64,000 bases of DNA. Origin: Lysobacterales bacterium. GTDB taxonomy: Bacteria > Pseudomonadota > Gammaproteobacteria > Xanthomonadales > SZUA-5. Position numbers and translations under genes: made by a program. Shown piece after piece: positions 57,855-64,000 of this stretch. Location of the stretch: assembly GCA_022844165.1 (NCBI GenBank), contig JALHMH010000003.1:32001-96000 (forward strand). Reading direction: 5' to 3'. Under the pieces are notes generated by a model. It worked only from the letters and a program-made list of their open reading frames with translations. It had not been told where the DNA came from and searched no databases. Numbering within the stretch: position 1 is the first letter of the stretch; each line of letters starts with the position of its first letter.

Positions 57855-58611
57855 GCCGCTGGTTGAAACCATGGATTCGCCCTGGTTCCGTACCCTCGGC
57901 GTTTCGCACGCATCTGCCATGCGGTTGTTTTGCTTTCCGTATGCGGGAGCAGGGGCTTCGGCCTTCGTCGCATGGTCCGCCGCAGTTGGTCCTGAGATCC
58001 AGGTAGTTGCCGTCGTGTATCCAGGCCGCGAAACGCGGACTCACGAAAAGCCGCTGGTGCGGCTCGCAGATTTCATCGCGCCATTGGCCTCTGCAATCCG
58101 AACCTGGTCGGATCGGCCGTTCGCATTTTTCGGACATAGCATGGGCGGAAGGATCTGCTTCGAACTTGCCAGGACGCTGGAGGCGTCAGCCGGTCCGGTC
58201 CCAGAGCATGTTTTCGTCTCCGCAGTCGGCGCACCGCATTTGCGCGAGCCGAGGCCTTTGCATGCACTCTCAAATGCTGCATTGCTGCGAGCGCTGGTGC
58301 AGTTGAACGGGATTCCGAACGAAGTCAAGAGGCGTCCTGAGATGTTGGCCCAGGCGCTCCCGGTTCTTCGAGCAGATTTTGAGGTCTGCGAAGCGAGCGA
58401 GTTGGAGTTGGGCAGTCCTCTGATGGCACCTCTGACCGCATATCTTGCGGAAGATGATTGCCGCGTCGAGCCCGAGCGGATTTCGGCTTGGCGAGATCTG
58501 GCAGGGGTCGCCTTTAGACAGCGGAAATTTCCTGGCGACCACTTTTATCTGCGCGCGCAAAGGAATGCCCTGATTGCAGATATCCGTGGTCAGCTTCTCG
58601 CGGGCTGTTGA
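57841..58611 (+). CDS. Type II thioesterase
   Basis: LFCFPYAG, YPGRE, GHSMG, LRADF, GDHFY; start 57832/57841/57871 uncertain. Confidence 0.93.
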   Translation: MNSHKPLVETMDSPWFRTLGVSHASAMRLFCFPYAGAGASAFVAWSAAVGPEIQVVAVVYPGRETRTHEKPLVRLADFIAPLASAIRTWSDRPFAFFGHSMGGRICFELARTLEASAGPVPEHVFVSAVGAPHLREPRPLHALSNAALLRALVQLNGIPNEVKRRPEMLAQALPVLRADFEVCEASELELGSPLMAPLTAYLAEDDCRVEPERISAWRDLAGVAFRQRKFPGDHFYLRAQRNALIADIRGQLLAGC

Positions 58612-58754
58612 AAAACAGCCTGCTGGCGCGAACCAGGGATGGTTCGCGGTTGATCGAGCTTGCAAGTGCTTGATCCATTCAGAGCGAGTCTGGACCTGCG
58701 CCGGACTCGCGACGTTGAGAAAGTGCACGAAGGCACTTTCTCTACATCGTGCTA
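58598..58754 (-). repeat. MITE-like multi-hairpin dispersed repeat, copy B (both ends present); includes the thioesterase stop
   Basis: Ends GGGCTGTTGAAAAA / TTTCTCTACATCGTGCTA; internal hairpins homologous to 1896-2032. Confidence 0.75.
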
Positions 58755-58800
58755 AAGCACGCGAAGAGGCCGTGTTTCTAATTTGGTTTTTGGAGCAATC

Positions 58801-61800
58801 ATGAGTGTTGACGGCGCAGCAAGTACGCCACCGGATCGAACCAAACAACGTGAGGTTCTGGCGAATCTCTTGCGGGCGCGCGCAGGTTGTGCAACGGAAT
58901 TCCCTTTGTCCCGATCGCAAGAGATCATCTGGCTTCATAGCGCCACGTTTCCGGATAGCAGCGCCTACAACATCCCACTGGCGTTCCGCATCAAATCGGC
59001 TCTGGATGCATCAGTGGTTCGCGCCAGCCTTGCCAACGTCATCGAGCGTCATCCGGTGATGAGAAGTGTCGTGTTCGAGCGAGATGGCGTGCCATTTCAG
59101 CGAATCACGACGCCGGAATCGCTCAAGCTTGAAGAGTCATATGAGGCTGCCTGCGAAAACATCGATGCTTTGATTGGGCGACTAACCCAGGAACATGCCC
59201 GCGAGCCGTTCGACCTTTCGGTCGGCCCTCTTTACAGATTCCACCTCATTCACTTTTCCGATAGCGACCATCTGCTGTTGGCGACGATCCACCACCTGGT
59301 TCTGGACGGATGGTCAATCGGCGTCTTCTTGAACGATTTCACTGAATGCTATCTTGCGCTCGCAGCTGGCAGGAGACCTGCGCTCCCGCCAATCCGCGAG
59401 GGATTTCTCGAACACCTGTCGGCTCAACCCCAGGGGACGGTTGGGACCGATAACGAGTATTGGGTGGAGCGCTTCAAGGGGTATTCCGGCGTTCTACCCT
59501 TGCCGTATGACCGGCTTCCAACTGCTCAGACTTCCCACCGCGGCAGTAGTTGCTCGATCGATATACCCACCGATGTGCTGGCCGGGCTGCGCAATCTGGC
59601 CAGGCGCGAAGGCGTTACGCTGTTCATGGTCATGCTGACCGCGTACTACTTGCTCATCGGTCGTATGACTGGCCGCACCGATATTGTGTTAGCCGTATCG
59701 ATCGCGGGACGCGAAAAAAGCGAACATTGGTCAGCCATTGGCCCGTTTTCACACATTTTGCCGATGCGAGCTGATTTAACGGGCTGTTCGCGAGTCGTAG
59801 ATTTCTTGCGACGAGTCCGGGACTCGGCCATCGAAGACTATGCTCATTCCGACCTGTCTCTAATATCTCTTGCAGAAACGATCGCAGCGGTTCGCAACGG
59901 GCGGCGCGAGGCGCTCTTTCAGCTTGGATTCGACTTTCAAAATACGCCATGGCCTACCGTGGCGGGAGAGGAGGAAATCAACGTAGCTGATTACGTGACG
60001 TTACTGGTCGGGGATTCGAGTTCCGCCAAAATCGATCTGAATCTGGACATTCGCGAAGAATTGGGTCGATTGCGATGCACATTCGAGTTTGCGACCGACC
60101 TCTTTGATCTGGAAACCGTAACAAGTATCGCCGAGAGCTACGCTGAGCTTGCGCGGTCCTTTCAGGAGCAAGCGAGCGTAGCGCTTGAGTCAATCGAACT
60201 GGTTGGATCAAGACGGAGGGCGCTGTTGCGAGAGTGGAGTCACGCCTTGCCCGCTCGCGAACGCGAATTGAATTGCTGTACTCAACGCATACTGCAGATT
60301 GCCAAAGACCACCCGCATCGGATCGCTTTCGAAGGGCCGTCTGGTCTTTGTACCTATGGCGAGTTCGCATATCTCGTTCGCCGGATAGCCCACGGTCTGT
60401 TGGCAGCGGGGACGGAGAGCGAAGAGCGCATCGGTTTATGCATGCCTCGCTCTATCGAGCAGTGGATCTCGGTGTTCGGAATCATGGCATCGGGCGGGTG
60501 TTTTGTACCTTTGGATCCCGACTTGCCGTTATCCAGGATTGCCGAAATCGTGGCATCTTCTGGCATCCGTTTGGTACTGGTCGACAGCCCAGATCGAGTG
60601 CTGTTGCCATCAGAGACGCGACACCTGAGCTATCAGAACCTGATCGCAAACGCCCCGGACGGCGAGCTTGCGATACCGTCGGCTAATCAACTTGCATACG
60701 TTACGCATACCTCTGGCACGACAGGACGGCCAAAGGGTGTGCCCATTTGCCGAGGCGCTTTGCTGGACTTCGCCGTGGCGGCCGCAGAGGCCTTTGGTCT
60801 AACGGCGGATGATCGCGTGCTTCAGTTTGCCTCGCTGGCATTCGATGCGAGTGTGGAGGAGGTCTTTCCTGCCTTGGTTTCCGGCGCCACGGTAGTCCTG
60901 CGGCGCGAGGACATGTTCGGCAGCGCTCAGAGATTTGCCAAAGCATGCGATGACCTGCGACTCAGCGTCATGAACCTCCCAACTGCTTTTTGGCGCGAGT
61001 GGGTATCTGGGTTGGCTGATGAGCCTGTCTGCCCTTGTCCCAGTCTGCGAGCCATGATCATCGGTGGCGAGGCGGCGCAGGGTGCCAGCGTTGTCGAGTG
61101 GCAGCGGATTTTCAAGCAAGCGCGTCTCTTGAACACTTACGGTCCATCCGAGGCGACGGTCACCGTCACCTGTGCGGAATTGGACACGCCTCCAGAAGAT
61201 GGACGTCCGGTCAGTATTGGCCGACCGTTTGGCGTCGCGCGGGTATATGTGTTGGACGCTCACCTGAACCCAGTCGCTCCCGGAATGGAGGGCGAGATTT
61301 TCATTGGAGGCCCTTGCCTGGCGCGAGGTTATTGGGACGACCCGGTACTGACGGCGAAGTGCTTCCTGCCCGACCCATTGAACGATGAGCCCGGCGCACG
61401 GATGTACAGAACCGGCGATCTCGGTCGTTTCCGCGCGGATGGAAGTCTCGAGTTCCGAGGACGGCGCGATAGCCAACAGGTGAAGGTCCGTGGCTTTCGC
61501 ATAGAACTTGGCGAGATCGAAGTCGTACTCTGTTCGCATCCGCACGTAAAGAGTGCCGCTGTCGTCGTCGACAAGGACACCGGCGAACAAGGAGACGGTT
61601 TGATTGCCGTTGCAGTTACAGAGCCTGGGCATCGGCTCTCGCCGAAAACGATCGTCGAATGGCTCTCGGAGCGTCTGCCAAAGTACATGGTGCCCTGGAG
61701 AGTTTTGCTGCTCGACCGCATTCCGTTGACGATCAGCGGAAAAGTGGATCGCCGTGCACTATTGGCGAATCTGCCCGAGCTCGACCGACCCACCGCGTCG

Positions 61801-64000
61801 GCGACCGCACCGCGCACGCCCACCGAATCTGTGCTCGCACAGATATGGGCCGAAGTGCTGGGTCTCGATAGCGTGCAATTAGACGATGATTTCTTTCAGC
61901 TGGGAGGGCACTCGTTGATGATGACGAGGGTGCTGGCACGGGTCAATCGAGCATTTCGCGTCGATGTTCCTGTACAGCGCTTCTTTGCGGCTTCGAAGCT
62001 GGCGGCATTCGCCAGCATCGTCGAGCGCGAGCGAGTTGCGGCCACATACACTGAGAAGTTGCCGATCGAGCGAACCTTGACGGATGGTTCTTGGCCGCAA
62101 TCATTCGAGCAGCGCCGACTTTGGTTCCTCGAACGACTGTCGCCAGGCGACACGTACAACCAGAGTTCTGCGACCCGACTTCGCGGCAACGTTGACGTCG
62201 ACGCGATGTCCAAAGCTATCGCCGGCATTGTGGAGCGACACGAGATCTTGCGCACCGCTTTTCTTGAGATAGACGGCGAGCCGATTCAGCAGCTGACATC
62301 TTGCGAGACACCCGAACTGCGAAGAGTCGATCTTTCGCATCTTCCTGTGCCCCAGCGCCAAACTCAGCTGGCGGCTACCTTATCCACGATGGCTTCGGAA
62401 CCGTTCGACTTGACCATGCCACCGCTGTTACGCATGTGTCTGATTCAGATCGATGCGGAGGAGTTCTTGCTGCAAACGTGCTTGCACCATATCGTGTCGG
62501 ATGCCTGGTCGGCCGGGATTCTGGCTCGTGAGTTCGCGGAATTGTATGCAGCGCACGTCCAAGGCCTGAACGCCGAACTTCCGGATTTGGCACTGCGCTA
62601 CGCAGACTATGCCAGCTGGCAACAGGCTTATTTCATTGGAGCCAACGCAGCTCGCCTGACCTCGTACTGGTCCGAGAAATTAGCCAACCTGCCCGATCCG
62701 CCGCTTTTGCCAGAGCGTCCAGGGGCTCATCGGGTCAGCAACGCGGGTCAATCTTGCTGGTACTTGCTTGAGCCGAGCGTCGCTAAAGCCATTCAAGGCT
62801 ATTGCAGATCGCGCGCAACTACGCCGTACATGTTCTTCCTGACGGCTTTCTATGCGCTGCTCAGCAAATACAGCGGCCAGACCGACCTGGCGATTGGCAC
62901 CCCATTTACGACGCGTGATAGCGAAGAACTAGAACGCCTGGTCGGTTTCTTCGTCAACATGGTGGTACTTCGATCGGATGTATCGGGTGATCCCAGTTTC
63001 GAAGGGCTCCTTGAGCGAGTTCGCGATGTCGTAATTGACGCTCATGCTTATCGAGCACACCCATTCGATAAGCTGGTTGGGGAAATTCGGGCAACGACAG
63101 GTCGAGGCGCCGATTCGTTAGTCAAGGTGGTGTTCTCGTTCCACGACCAGGCACCTCTACCGCCGGCGCTCTTTGGTGTCGAGGCAAACCAGATCGATAT
63201 ACCTGTTCGTTCCGTGAAGTTCGACTTAACCCTTGAAGTCGTCCCGCGGCATGGCACCTGGCTGCTCGTTTTCTACTACAGCAGCGACCTGTTCGAAACA
63301 TCAACGATCACACGGATGCTGTCGCACTATCAAGGACTGGTCGCCGCGGTATTGGAGGACCCGAGTCGGCGATTGTCGCAACTTAGGTTGTTGTCTTCCT
63401 CGGAACACGACGATTTGCGGCAGTGGGGAGAAGGCAGGAAGGGCGAAGTCGTTGGGACAGTGTTGTCCTGGTTCGATGCGTTGGTGTTATCGGATGCAGG
63501 CTCACCGGCGCTGGTTGAGGATGGTGAGACGGTGAGCTATGGCTCGTTGCACACCCGGTCTTTGCGTTTAGCGCAGACGCTGGCGGCGCGCGGGGTTGGG
63601 GAGTCAGGCATCGTAGGTTTGGCGTTGTCAGGTTTAGTCGATCGTGTAACGGCGATGTTGGCGTCGTGGCGCTTGGGGGCGGCCTTTTTGCCGTTGGATT
63701 TATCCCACCCGCAAGCACGGTTGCATTGGATGCTGGAGGATGCTGGTGCGGTGATGGTGCTGGCGCGTGGCGATATTGGGTGGGACAAGAGCCGAACGCT
63801 GGACCTGTATGGAATCCAATGGCCCGAGGGTGCTATGGCAGTAGTGCCTGCTGTGGATCTGCCGGCCGGGTTGCTCGCCTATGTGATCTACACGTCCGGG
63901 TCCAGCGGTCGACCCAAATGCGTGGAGATCGACCATAGTGGCCTGGCGAATTTGGTGGTCTGGCACAACAGGACATTCGCGGTAGACAAGACCAGTATGG
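58801..64000 (+). CDS. NRPS, partial: docking-C-A-T-C-A..., runs off the window (absent from the ORF track because it has no stop)
   Basis: TGGAG RBS; in-frame HHLVLDG, THTSGTTGRPKG, NTYGPSE, YRTGD, FFQLGGHS, HHIVSDAW, YTSGSSGRPK. Confidence 0.95.
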   Translation, partial: MSVDGAASTPPDRTKQREVLANLLRARAGCATEFPLSRSQEIIWLHSATFPDSSAYNIPLAFRIKSALDASVVRASLANVIERHPVMRSVVFERDGVPFQRITTPESLKLEESYEAACENIDALIGRLTQEHAREPFDLSVGPLYRFHLIHFSDSDHLLLATIHHLVLDGWSIGVFLNDFTECYLALAAGRRPALPPIREGFLEHLSAQPQGTVGTDNEYWVERFKGYSGVLPLPYDRLPTAQTSHRGSSCSIDIPTDVLAGLRNLARREGVTLFMVMLTAYYLLIGRMTGRTDIVLAVSIAGREKSEHWSAIGPFSHILPMRADLTGCSRVVDFLRRVRDSAIEDYAHSDLSLISLAETIAAVRNGRREALFQLGFDFQNTPWPTVAGEEEINVADYVTLLVGDSSSAKIDLNLDIREELGRLRCTFEFATDLFDLETVTSIAESYAELARSFQEQASVALESIELVGSRRRALLREWSHALPARERELNCCTQRILQIAKDHPHRIAFEGPSGLCTYGEFAYLVRRIAHGLLAAGTESEERIGLCMPRSIEQWISVFGIMASGGCFVPLDPDLPLSRIAEIVASSGIRLVLVDSPDRVLLPSETRHLSYQNLIANAPDGELAIPSANQLAYVTHTSGTTGRPKGVPICRGALLDFAVAAAEAFGLTADDRVLQFASLAFDASVEEVFPALVSGATVVLRREDMFGSAQRFAKACDDLRLSVMNLPTAFWREWVSGLADEPVCPCPSLRAMIIGGEAAQGASVVEWQRIFKQARLLNTYGPSEATVTVTCAELDTPPEDGRPVSIGRPFGVARVYVLDAHLNPVAPGMEGEIFIGGPCLARGYWDDPVLTAKCFLPDPLNDEPGARMYRTGDLGRFRADGSLEFRGRRDSQQVKVRGFRIELGEIEVVLCSHPHVKSAAVVVDKDTGEQGDGLIAVAVTEPGHRLSPKTIVEWLSERLPKYMVPWRVLLLDRIPLTISGKVDRRALLANLPELDRPTASATAPRTPTESVLAQIWAEVLGLDSVQLDDDFFQLGGHSLMMTRVLARVNRAFRVDVPVQRFFAASKLAAFASIVERERVAATYTEKLPIERTLTDGSWPQSFEQRRLWFLERLSPGDTYNQSSATRLRGNVDVDAMSKAIAGIVERHEILRTAFLEIDGEPIQQLTSCETPELRRVDLSHLPVPQRQTQLAATLSTMASEPFDLTMPPLLRMCLIQIDAEEFLLQTCLHHIVSDAWSAGILAREFAELYAAHVQGLNAELPDLALRYADYASWQQAYFIGANAARLTSYWSEKLANLPDPPLLPERPGAHRVSNAGQSCWYLLEPSVAKAIQGYCRSRATTPYMFFLTAFYALLSKYSGQTDLAIGTPFTTRDSEELERLVGFFVNMVVLRSDVSGDPSFEGLLERVRDVVIDAHAYRAHPFDKLVGEIRATTGRGADSLVKVVFSFHDQAPLPPALFGVEANQIDIPVRSVKFDLTLEVVPRHGTWLLVFYYSSDLFETSTITRMLSHYQGLVAAVLEDPSRRLSQLRLLSSSEHDDLRQWGEGRKGEVVGTVLSWFDALVLSDAGSPALVEDGETVSYGSLHTRSLRLAQTLAARGVGESGIVGLALSGLVDRVTAMLASWRLGAAFLPLDLSHPQARLHWMLEDAGAVMVLARGDIGWDKSRTLDLYGIQWPEGAMAVVPAVDLPAGLLAYVIYTSGSSGRPKCVEIDHSGLANLVVWHNRTFAVDKTSM

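Noticed and set aside
58805-63966. Many short ORFs suggesting a fragmented or pseudogenised region
   Set aside because: Every segment I translated in the frame from ATG 58801 gave in-frame NRPS motifs up to the window end; the ORF track omits it because it lacks a stop

Overview
High-GC gammaproteobacterial chromosome segment. Gene content and dcw layout suggest Xanthomonadales/Lysobacterales (inference). (1) 1-22 kb is accessory: an AraC regulator, two large secreted proteins that both end in an 'F-A-N-G-F-E' C-terminus, a CadC-like wHTH-TM-TPR regulator, and a sensor-less hybrid kinase/Hpt plus a close LuxO homologue that converge on a four-gene chaperone-usher pilus operon. The operon's upstream region carries a perfect LuxO-type box, a consensus IHF site and a sigma54 promoter. 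Also here: a Tat-exported nitrilase-fold protein lacking the catalytic Cys, and a gene behind a consensus sigmaE promoter. (2) 22-38 kb is the dcw cluster (mraZ to ftsZ, no murD or lpxC), with G-rich heptamer inverted-repeat inserts at four gene junctions. (3) 38-44 kb holds slt, DUF3293, a glycine-zipper protein and hutF/hutI. (4) 44.4-64 kb is the start of a hybrid FAAL-PKS-NRPS lipopeptide cluster with two exporters and a type II thioesterase; the NRPS runs off the window. A ~150 bp multi-hairpin MITE-like repeat occurs three times. I found no tRNA, rRNA, CRISPR, integrase or transposase. All calls come from reading the sequence by eye; no database searches were run.
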